This document shows, in pieces, positions 7,917 to 15,861 of a stretch of 38,884 nt of DNA. The notes beneath the pieces are model-generated. The model did not search any database, was not told where the DNA came from, and saw only the letters and a list, made by a program, of their open reading frames with translations. The DNA is taken from the NCBI GenBank assembly GCA_964649005.1, contig CAZYMD010000015.1, positions 1-38,884 of the forward strand, given 5' to 3'. Position numbers and translations under genes: made by a program. Positions within the stretch are counted from its first letter, which is position 1; every line of letters starts with the position of its first letter. Source of the stretch: an uncultured Pirellulales bacterium (GTDB lineage: Bacteria; Planctomycetota; Phycisphaerae; Sedimentisphaerales; Anaerobacaceae).

Positions 7917-9347
7917 CTATTTCTTCGGTTTCTCCTTTTTTTCGGGCCTGTCGGACTCGGCGTTTTCTTCTTCCAGAACGATCTGGTCGTCAGCAGCATC
8001 CTTATCCTGCATAGCTCTGGCTTCCTTCAGGAGATCCGGAAGACTTATGCCCGTCGCGGCCTGTATTTGCTCCAGGAATTTGACCAGACCACCCGGGGCT
8101 GCGGTCAGCATTCGATTGACTGCGCTGTCGCCATCGCCTCCACTGTCGAGAGCGATGACCTTGTCGAATTTGACCTGTCCGAGCGCCTGTGCCCCGTCGG
8201 CGGCAACCTCCTTGACCGCTTCGAGAACAAGGTTCAACTGGGCGGCCTTGCCATATGCGTTCCATGCCTCGGCCTTCTGCCGCAGACCCTCGGCCTCGGC
8301 CTCGAGCTTTAGCTGGATGCCTTTGGCCTCCGCTTCGGCTCTTTTGAGTATCGCAGCGGCTTCACCCTCTGCTCGCAGAATGGCGGCCTGCCTTTCGGCT
8401 TCGGCGGGCACGACCCTGTCGGCTTTGTACTTCTGCTCCTCGGCTTCGGCTCTGGCAGCTTCTACGCGTTCCCTCGCCTTCTGCTGCTCCTCCATCACCT
8501 TCTGCTCTTCGACCACGACGGCCTGCCTGGCCTGAGCTTCAGACAATGGACCCTGCTGCTCGGCCTTTTTGGTTGCGTTAAGTTTCTCGCCTATATACTG
8601 CTGCTTGGCGACATCGCGGTCTTTCTCCGCCAGGGCGACCTGCCTTTCCTGTTCGGCCTGGACGACCTGTCCCTCACGAATCGCTGTCTGCGAACGTATC
8701 GTGGCGTCTCTTTCGGCCTCGGCCTCGCCGATCTCGGCGTCTCTTTTGACCTCGGCGGTTCTCTTGCGCCCGAGAGCTTCGAGATAGCCTTTCTCATCGC
8801 GGATATCCTGAATGTTGATAATGTCGATGATCACGCCGATCTTGGCAAGCTCGTCGCCCGACTGTTCGAGAACCTTCTGAACGAACATGTCACGCTGCTG
8901 GTACAACTGCTCGACAGTAAGAACGCCGATGATGTCACGGAGCTGGCCTTCGAGCGTTTCCTTGATGATCTGCTCGATCTGCCTGGGTTCGGTATCCAGA
9001 AAACGTTCGACCGCCCGCGCGAGCATTTCCTCTTCGCTGGAGATCTTGACGTTCGCGACCGTCTCGACTGTGACGGGGACGCCCTCCTTCGACCATGCTT
9101 CAGTCACTCGCACGTCCGGGAGGTTCATCGTCTTGAGCGATATTTTGCTTACCTTTTCCAGAACGGGGATTCGGAACTTGGCCCCGCCGACGACGGCCTT
9201 CCAGCCTCGGCCGGTGTCTTTCTGTCGTCTTCCGGTGAAGATCAAGGCTTCGTTCGGCGCAGCCTTGATGTAGTTCCTCGTGAAAATCAGTATACTTGAG
9301 ATTATACCGATCACCCCGAACCCAATGATTACAGGTGTCCAAAGCAT
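7917..9347 (-). CDS. Flotillin / SPFH (band 7) family membrane-scaffold protein
   Basis: N-terminal TM anchor MLWTPVIIGFGVIGIISSILIF, an SPFH domain (IFTGRRQKD...VPVTVETVANVKI), and a long EA-rich coiled-coil (AEAERQAAILRAEGEAAAILKRAEAEAKG) typical of FloT/YqiK. The start is set at ATG 9347, preceded by AAGGAGAG, rather than the ORF-track start 9380. Confidence 0.85.
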   Translation of the reverse strand: MLWTPVIIGFGVIGIISSILIFTRNYIKAAPNEALIFTGRRQKDTGRGWKAVVGGAKFRIPVLEKVSKISLKTMNLPDVRVTEAWSKEGVPVTVETVANVKISSEEEMLARAVERFLDTEPRQIEQIIKETLEGQLRDIIGVLTVEQLYQQRDMFVQKVLEQSGDELAKIGVIIDIINIQDIRDEKGYLEALGRKRTAEVKRDAEIGEAEAERDATIRSQTAIREGQVVQAEQERQVALAEKDRDVAKQQYIGEKLNATKKAEQQGPLSEAQARQAVVVEEQKVMEEQQKARERVEAARAEAEEQKYKADRVVPAEAERQAAILRAEGEAAAILKRAEAEAKGIQLKLEAEAEGLRQKAEAWNAYGKAAQLNLVLEAVKEVAADGAQALGQVKFDKVIALDSGGDGDSAVNRMLTAAPGGLVKFLEQIQAATGISLPDLLKEARAMQDKDAADDQIVLEEENAESDRPEKKEKPKK

Positions 9348-9416
9348 TGTGTCTCTCCTTCCCGGCGTTTGAGGCGCCAATAGACTCTGTATCAGTTTCG
9401 TTGCACTTATTTACTT

Positions 9417-9974
9417 TTACTCTACGATAGCCGTCTTGCCTTCGACGGATTTGATCGTCACTGCCTCGCCCTTTGCGTATTGCTTTTCGGTATCCTGCGA
9501 CCTGGCGTTCAGGTATATGCTCTTGGCGGTGTTCTCGATCTGAGAATAAACTTCGCCGCTGCCGCCTTTCGGTATGGGGACAGTCACCTTGGCCTGTTTG
9601 CCGACGAAAGACGACCCTTTAACGTGGCTTGTCGATTGCTGGCGATAGAGCCAGCTCAGGGCCTGGTAGCTGACGAACCAAAGCGCTCCGCCTCCTATTA
9701 ACGCTGCAATTACATGGTGCACGTTGCTCTGGAATTTGACGGACAAAAAGCCACAAATTCCGAATCCTATCAGGAAAATCAGGATCAGCTTGATACTCAG
9801 GAATCCGGGTCCGCCAGTGTGCAATCCGGCGAAATCGGCGTCGGTATCCACGTCCATATCGAAATCGACGTCCGCTTCCATATCGATGTCGTGGTCGGCA
9901 CCGAACGCGGCCATTAAAAAGAGAAAGACACCGCAAATAACCGTGATCAGGCCATAAATAACCAACGCAGTCAT
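9417..9974 (-). CDS. NfeD-family membrane protein (flotillin-associated, with a C-terminal OB-fold)
   Basis: TM helices followed by an acidic DxDxD stretch and a C-terminal beta-rich domain KQAKVTVPIPKGGSGEVY...GEAVTIKSVEGKTAIVE. It sits directly upstream of the flotillin gene, the conserved nfeD-floT arrangement. Confidence 0.8.
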   Translation of the reverse strand: MTALVIYGLITVICGVFLFLMAAFGADHDIDMEADVDFDMDVDTDADFAGLHTGGPGFLSIKLILIFLIGFGICGFLSVKFQSNVHHVIAALIGGGALWFVSYQALSWLYRQQSTSHVKGSSFVGKQAKVTVPIPKGGSGEVYSQIENTAKSIYLNARSQDTEKQYAKGEAVTIKSVEGKTAIVE

Positions 9975-10307
9975 GGTTCATTTCCTTTCACAGAGCAAAT
10001 GTCTTGCCGAATTACACTAAGAGCTTCTAAGAAAATGCCAGCTCAGTATAACACCTCTCTGGTCCAGCGACAATCGCCGCCTCACCGGTCTGCCGCAGCG
10101 TATAGGTTGTCGGTATCCAATATTCAAGCAAGACTAATGCGCTTGCAGAGACCTGCTATCCAATATACGCACAAGGGTTTGAAAACTTTCTTAGGGCATG
10201 TAATAAAATTACGTATTTCTTCCCATTAAGCGTAAGGCAATGTCTCTTTTCGCCAAACTCACCTACCCATTATTCGAAAGAACCTAAAAAAGCTAATCCA
10301 AGTTCGG

Positions 10308-11204
10308 CTAATCTTTTTTCAGAAAATCCTGGGCCTTCATCCACTCCTGGCAGAGTCCGGGCCAGCTCGCGGCTGCCATGCCTTCCTTGCCGAGACCGAA
10401 GCCATGCTGTCCCCTGAGATAGATGTGCATCTCCGCGGGCACCTTGGCTTTTCGCAGCGCGAGGTAGAAATGTATGCTGTTCTCCGCCGGCACAACCGTG
10501 TCCTCCCACGTATGCACCAAAAACGTTGGAGGCGTCTGGGGCGTAATCTGTTTCTCGTTGGAGAGGCTCTCGATGAGTTTCGCATCTGCATCATTGCCCA
10601 GCAGGTTGTTCCGCGAGCCGACATGTGTCCAATCCTCGGTCAACGAAATAACAGGATAGATCAGAACCACGAAATCAGGCCTGCAACTGACGCGATCAAT
10701 AGGGTCTTTGGCGTCTAGATTGCCCGCGTCGAAGTGCGTCCCTGCTGTAGAAGTAAGATGTCCCCCCGCAGAGAAGCCAAGTATGCCTATTCTTCTGGGA
10801 TCAATGCCCCACTTTTTGGCTCCGCTGCGAACGGTCCGAATTGCGCGCTGGGCGTCGAGCAAAGGCATCGGATGCTGATAGCCCGCACCGCTGCGGCTAT
10901 GGCGATACTGGAGGATAAATCCCGCCACGCCGAACGAGTTGAGCCACCGGGCGATCTGGTGTCCCTCGTGATCCATGGCCAGATGGCCGTAGCCCCCGCC
11001 CGGGCATATCACAACCGAGGCCCCTGTAGCCTTATCTTTCGGGGGCAGATAAATCGTGATGCTGGGTTTATCGCCGTCGGCGTCCCCTTTCGCCCCAGGC
11101 GCGCCATCGGGCCAGAGCAGCTCGGTCTTCGGCTCACCGAATGACAGTGAGGTTGAAAGAATTGCGATTGCCAACACAATACAAATTGAAAAACGACGTC
11201 TCAT
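10308..11204 (-). CDS. Secreted alpha/beta-hydrolase-fold esterase/lipase (carbohydrate-esterase-like)
   Basis: Signal peptide MRRRFSICIVLAIAILSTSLSFG, VVICPGGGYGHLAMDHEG, and the nucleophile elbow GFSAGGHL (GxSxG). Confidence 0.8.
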   Translation of the reverse strand: MRRRFSICIVLAIAILSTSLSFGEPKTELLWPDGAPGAKGDADGDKPSITIYLPPKDKATGASVVICPGGGYGHLAMDHEGHQIARWLNSFGVAGFILQYRHSRSGAGYQHPMPLLDAQRAIRTVRSGAKKWGIDPRRIGILGFSAGGHLTSTAGTHFDAGNLDAKDPIDRVSCRPDFVVLIYPVISLTEDWTHVGSRNNLLGNDADAKLIESLSNEKQITPQTPPTFLVHTWEDTVVPAENSIHFYLALRKAKVPAEMHIYLRGQHGFGLGKEGMAAASWPGLCQEWMKAQDFLKKD

Positions 11205-11221
11205 TTTTGATTCCTCCAGAG

Positions 11222-11947
11222 TCAGATCAAAGTCAATTGCTGTGGATTTTCGAGCAGCCCCCTTAGATAGCTGAAGAACTCTGCTGCGTAGATTTCGCTC
11301 AATACGCGTCTGTCCGCCGCCACCGTAAGGCTCATGAGCTTGCGGGGCACGATCTCCGAGCCGATAGGGACCGCCGTCCTGATAACGTTGCCGATGGCGA
11401 GGATCGTACTGGCAGGCGGCGGCACTATTCCTAAAAACGAATCGGTTCCGTAGACGCCAAGATTGCTCAGTGCGATCGTCTCGTTTTCGATCTCGTCGAG
11501 CGTCAGTTTGTTGCTGCGCGCCTTCGTGGTCAGTTTGTCCTCCTCGTGGGCTATCTCGCTGAGGTTCTTCGTGTCGGCATTTCGCACTACGGGAACGACC
11601 AGACCCTGGGGCGTGTTCACCGCAAAGCCCACGTTTATGACCTCTGCGATCTTGATATATTCTCCACGAATGGCGCCCAGCACGATAGGGTAACGCTTGG
11701 CAGCCAGTGCCAGGGCATGAATGAAAAACGTATTGCTCGTTATCCTGATGCCGAGCGATTTCCTCAGCTTGGGCCGCAACCCCATCAAGTCCGTCACATC
11801 AACATGAGATTCCAGATAGAAACAGGGCTTGGTTTGTTTAGAGAGCATCATGCGCCTGCCGATAAGCTTCTGAATCCTCGTCAGCGGAACGCTCGTCTTG
11901 GTCGGATGTTCCAAAGTTACTTCCATTATCCTGCCGGCATCAAGCAC
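11222..11947 (-). CDS. Stand-alone 2-oxoacid dehydrogenase E2 (dihydrolipoamide acyltransferase) catalytic-domain protein. It lacks lipoyl and E3-binding domains, and the catalytic His of the DHRxxDG motif is replaced
   Basis: VPLTRIQKLIGRRMMLSKQTKPCFYL matches the start of the E2 catalytic domain. LSNLGVYGTDSFLGIVPPPASTILAIGNV is the conserved core. MSLTVAADRRVLSEIYAAEFF aligns with LSLSFDHRVIDGADGARF (H>R, G>S). It is 17 bp upstream of, and probably co-transcribed with, the esterase. Confidence 0.7.
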   Translation of the reverse strand: MLDAGRIMEVTLEHPTKTSVPLTRIQKLIGRRMMLSKQTKPCFYLESHVDVTDLMGLRPKLRKSLGIRITSNTFFIHALALAAKRYPIVLGAIRGEYIKIAEVINVGFAVNTPQGLVVPVVRNADTKNLSEIAHEEDKLTTKARSNKLTLDEIENETIALSNLGVYGTDSFLGIVPPPASTILAIGNVIRTAVPIGSEIVPRKLMSLTVAADRRVLSEIYAAEFFSYLRGLLENPQQLTLI

Positions 11948-12140
11948 GAAATACTAAATAAATACAAAACTCAAATGACTGAATTTACCAAACATGCAGG
12001 CTTTGCTGTTTGAGAAATTAGAACTTCGGTAATTCGATATTATTTTGGATTTTGATATTCGTACTTCGTGCTTAATACTAAAGCCCTTTTTTGAATTTTA
12101 CTTTGTAATTTTGCAATTTGATTTTTGATCTTTGATTTTC

Positions 12141-12311
12141 TCAAGGGGATTCTTTCTTCGAGGCTTCCTGCGCCTCCTGCTTGGCCTTGGAAAGGTCCTT
12201 GAACAGCGAGCGTATGTCGAAGAATCCGCCTATAGTCACGACCACCGCAAGACAGGTAAACAACGCCAGACTAAGAAAGAAAAAGAACGACCAGAAGCTA
12301 ACCCAGTTCAT
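12141..12311 (-). CDS. Small single-pass membrane protein (56 aa from the ATG). Its start codon lies 1 nt after the symporter stop codon
   Basis: MNWVSFWSFFFFLSLALFTCLAVVVTIGGFFDIRSLFKDLSKAKQEAQEASKKESP. RBS GAGGAGG lies 7 nt upstream. It has one hydrophobic helix plus a charged tail. The ORF track extends it to GTG at 12326. Confidence 0.4.
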   Translation of the reverse strand: MNWVSFWSFFFFLSLALFTCLAVVVTIGGFFDIRSLFKDLSKAKQEAQEASKKESP

Positions 12312-12312
12312 A

Positions 12313-13902
12313 TCATGCCTCCTCACGCTCAGCGTGATAACTATTTTGTTTTTTATCAGGGAATATCAACGAACCAACGATCATCAGCACAATCGCAAGT
12401 CCCAGCACAACAAGCCCGACTACTGCACTGGAAATTTCCCCCTCGACCCCGAACACTCTCTTGATCGGCCCCAGCAATCCGGAGCACAATTCCTGAACTT
12501 TGGACAATCCCAGCAAAGCAAAAAAGCCTGTAATCAAGGCCAGATACGCCCCTGTCCTGCTGGCCCGTTTCCAGTACAATCCGAACGCCAGCAATGCGAA
12601 ACCGCCTATGGAGTATATCGCGCCCGAGATGGCCATGTAGTCCCACAGGTCCTGTTTCAGCGGGTACCACAATCCCCACACTAAAATAAATATCCCGATG
12701 CCGACAATGAAAATCCTCGTGAGTAGTAGCCTCGCCTTCGAAGACAGATCCCTCTTAAACCACGGCGCAACCACATCCTGCGTCAGAACCGAACTCCAGC
12801 ACAGTAGATAGCTGTCGTGCGTTGACATGAACGCCGCTAACATCCCGGCTGATATAATGCCCAGCAGTCCCGTCGGAAGAATCTGGCTAAGGTAAAAAGG
12901 CATCGCCGTCAGTGACAGATCGGAGTTACCCTTGCCCTCAGCCGAAAGGAACACACCTCTTAAAGTCGGGTTGCCCGCTATGAATACCAGCGCACAAATG
13001 CCAAAGAAGTAAGGAATCAGAAAACGAATCAGAAACCCCACCGAAGACAGCGTATATATCCTTTTCACGATCCCCGTGCTCTTGGCCGAGCAGGCTCGGA
13101 TCACCGCCGTCTGCCAGACCGCACAACTGACCAGCCCCATGAAGAACATCCACAGCACGTAAGACCAGCCAAAACCTGCCTCATCGAACGGATTAAAACC
13201 ACTCTGCCCCATTTCTTTGGTGACCGTATCGACGATGTTGCTCCAGCCCAAGTGCCTGATCGACATAATACTTGCAAAAACCAAACCAAACGAGAGTACA
13301 ACGAACTGAATATAATCGAGTATCGCAACCGAAACCATTCCGCCCAGCGTCGTATACAACAGAACCATGCACAGCAGCACGGTCATGACGATCTTCAAAT
13401 GAATCTCCGACGTCATCCCAGTCACACCCATGACGAACAGCGAGCCGGCTTTGAGGAACATGCCCATATTGAGAATGCCCGAAAGCGCCAGTATAATCCC
13501 GCCGAGAATACGAATGTCTCTGCCGAAGCGCTTTTCGTAAAATTCCGGTATCGTCACAACCTTCAATCTTCGCAATGGGACGACGATAAAGCCCGACAGG
13601 CCTACGAACAGCGTTACTATCGCGGCCGCAAAGGCAATATGAAACGCCGCAAATCCGCCCGTGAATCCCTTCTGCGACGAGTACATGACTGTCACCAGGC
13701 CCAGTTCCGTGCCGATCATGGTGGCGATTGCCAGAAACGTCTTGAGCCCGCGCCCGGCGACCATAAAGTCGGTCGCGCTGGCGATGTACTTGCGAATATA
13801 GACGCCTATGCTGACGATGGCGATCAAATAGCCCACGACGATAATCCAGTCGAGGACACCGAAGTTAGTGCCGAATCCGAGACCTGCAAGATCAATATTC
13901 AT
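12313..13902 (-). CDS. Sodium:solute symporter (SSS/SLC5 family)
   Basis: A 529-aa protein with ~13 TM segments. The N-terminus GVLDWIIVVGYLIAIVSIGVYIRKY...TDFMVAGRGL is characteristic of the SSS family. Confidence 0.9.
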   Translation of the reverse strand: MNIDLAGLGFGTNFGVLDWIIVVGYLIAIVSIGVYIRKYIASATDFMVAGRGLKTFLAIATMIGTELGLVTVMYSSQKGFTGGFAAFHIAFAAAIVTLFVGLSGFIVVPLRRLKVVTIPEFYEKRFGRDIRILGGIILALSGILNMGMFLKAGSLFVMGVTGMTSEIHLKIVMTVLLCMVLLYTTLGGMVSVAILDYIQFVVLSFGLVFASIMSIRHLGWSNIVDTVTKEMGQSGFNPFDEAGFGWSYVLWMFFMGLVSCAVWQTAVIRACSAKSTGIVKRIYTLSSVGFLIRFLIPYFFGICALVFIAGNPTLRGVFLSAEGKGNSDLSLTAMPFYLSQILPTGLLGIISAGMLAAFMSTHDSYLLCWSSVLTQDVVAPWFKRDLSSKARLLLTRIFIVGIGIFILVWGLWYPLKQDLWDYMAISGAIYSIGGFALLAFGLYWKRASRTGAYLALITGFFALLGLSKVQELCSGLLGPIKRVFGVEGEISSAVVGLVVLGLAIVLMIVGSLIFPDKKQNSYHAEREEA

Positions 13903-13942
13903 CTATTCTCCTGCTCACAAAGCCAAATACGCCGTTACATTC

Positions 13943-14959
13943 TCACAGCGAGACCTTCTGACACGAAAGAGCCGATTGCTTCTCCGCCAGCACCAGCCGC
14001 AGTGACTCAACCGATTCTTTCGGCGTTATAATTTCAGGAACGCTCCGGCCCCCAACGGCCTTGACGAAGTGTTCGATCTCGTTGGAGTAGCCGTCGCCCG
14101 AAGCAACCTCGGGAGTGAAGGCATCGCCTTTGGCCGGACACACTTTGAAAGCCGGCGTCCGGCTGCAATCATAGACAATTGTCGCTCCTTCAAGAACGAT
14201 GTTGAAGCTCATCTCAAAACCGAATCCGGGAGTCATCGACCAGCTCCCTTCGGCTGTGACCATCGGTCCATCTCCATAGATGTACTGCGTGACAATATGG
14301 TCGCACTCGTTTGAAGGGCCCTTCGCCGAACGGCTGAACACCGCCTCAGGCATGCCGAACGCATATTGTACAAAATCCGAATCATGTATGTGTAGATCGA
14401 GAGCCGCCGAGCCGCTCTTGCCCGCATCCATCAGCCAGTTCTCCCACGACCACGTAGGCGTCAGGCTCAGCCGCTGAAATGTCGCCGCCAACACACCGCC
14501 GTATTCGCCCGAATCGATAATCTCTTTCGTCTTGGCGTATTCAGGCCAGAAGCGTATGCAATGACCGATCTGCAGGAGCTTGCCGTTCTTATCAGCGGCC
14601 GCGATCATCTGCTCGCAATCCTCGACATTCATCGCCATCGGCTTCTCGCACAGCACGTTCACACCCGCGTTGAGCGCCTTGAGCGTATACTCCTTGTGCA
14701 TGTATGTAGGCAGTGTCACCGATAGAATATCGAGTTTGGCTTCAGCCAGCATCGTATCGAAATCGTCATACAGACCTATCCCTGTAAAATCGAGCGAAGC
14801 CTCGGCGCCTTCGATATTGCCCGCCGTGCCCCCGGTCTCCTCGAACCTGGCCTTATCCACATCGCAAATCGCAGCCAACTGCACGCCTTCAATCGCCTGA
14901 TAGCAGCGAAAGTGCATCTTGCCCATGAAGCCCAGTCCTATTACACCAACTCTTGTCAT
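13943..14959 (-). CDS. Gfo/Idh/MocA-family NAD(P)-dependent oxidoreductase (cytoplasmic)
   Basis: Rossmann N-terminus MTRVGVIGLGFMGKMH, AAICDVD, and EKPMA in the central region. Confidence 0.85.
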   Translation of the reverse strand: MTRVGVIGLGFMGKMHFRCYQAIEGVQLAAICDVDKARFEETGGTAGNIEGAEASLDFTGIGLYDDFDTMLAEAKLDILSVTLPTYMHKEYTLKALNAGVNVLCEKPMAMNVEDCEQMIAAADKNGKLLQIGHCIRFWPEYAKTKEIIDSGEYGGVLAATFQRLSLTPTWSWENWLMDAGKSGSAALDLHIHDSDFVQYAFGMPEAVFSRSAKGPSNECDHIVTQYIYGDGPMVTAEGSWSMTPGFGFEMSFNIVLEGATIVYDCSRTPAFKVCPAKGDAFTPEVASGDGYSNEIEHFVKAVGGRSVPEIITPKESVESLRLVLAEKQSALSCQKVSL

Positions 14960-14972
14960 CCTAATGTTCCTT

Positions 14973-15816
14973 TCAGTTGGATTGGTTGAAAATCTTCTTC
15001 ATCGCCTCAGCGGTTTCCTCGGGCCTGCCCGGCCGATACGGAAGCATCTCAGCAGTGACATACCCATCGTAACCGACCTCCGCCAGCGCCTTCTTAACCG
15101 CTTCGAAATCAACATCCCCTTCGAGCAGATCGACGAATCCTTCAGCCGTACCCACCGACTTTTTGAAATCCTTCACGTGCACCCGCACGATACGCTCGCC
15201 CAAAATTTTGATCCATTGGTCGGGATAGCCCGTCAACAACACGTTGCCAACGTCGAAGTAGGAACCAACAGCTTTCGAGCCAAAGCTGTCGATAAAATCA
15301 CGCATCTCCAATGGACTGAGCAGAAACTTGTTCCACACGTTCTCGATGCCGATAGTCACCCCGAGCCGCTCGGCCGTCGGAATTAGTTGCCCAACAGCCT
15401 CTTTCGCTCGCTCGTAGCAGACGTCGTAAGGCACCACAGGACTGTCTTCGAGAAAGAAAACATCCACCGCCCCGGGCACGAACAGATACGCATCCGTCCC
15501 CAGCCACTTGGTCACTTGCAGCGCCCTTTTCGTGAAATCGACGATTTTGGCCCTTAAGACAGGATCATCATCCGAAGGCGAGCACCCCCAGCTCTCACCG
15601 CTGGCGACGCCGGCAATCTCAATACCCAGCTCATTCGCTTTGGCGACAATCTGCTTACATTCGAACTGTGTTGTCCCATGCGTCAGCGCTCCCTGACTGC
15701 CGATACAAAGCTCGATAGCATCAAAGCCAAGCTCCTTCGCCTGAGTCATCGCATCTGCAACAGGCAACGTAGCCTCCAGCCCGCCCTCGAACATCCAGTA
15801 ACTTGCACTAATCTTC
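14973..15816 (-). CDS. Sugar phosphate isomerase/epimerase (xylose-isomerase-like TIM barrel, AP_endonuc_2 family)
   Basis: Start MKISASYWMFEGG at ATG 15816 (the ORF track extends it upstream to 16010 across the neighbouring gene end). ELGFDAIEL, TIGIENV and HVKD motifs are typical of this TIM-barrel family. Confidence 0.8.
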
Positions 15817-15861
15817 ATCTGTGAATCCTTCCCAAGCCAGCCATGATATGGGTTATAGTCA

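Noticed and set aside
7873-8535. Ala/Ser-rich 220-aa plus-strand ORF (and 7782..8312) overlapping the flotillin gene
   Set aside because: It is an antisense shadow of the GC-rich EA-coiled-coil-coding segment of the flotillin gene. It has no start context and its composition is driven by the complementary codons.
10261-10320. Possible terminator hairpin AAAAAAG...CTTTTTT at the esterase gene end
   Set aside because: The stem is only A/T pairs with a 20-nt loop, and it overlaps the stop codon. This is not convincing as an intrinsic terminator.
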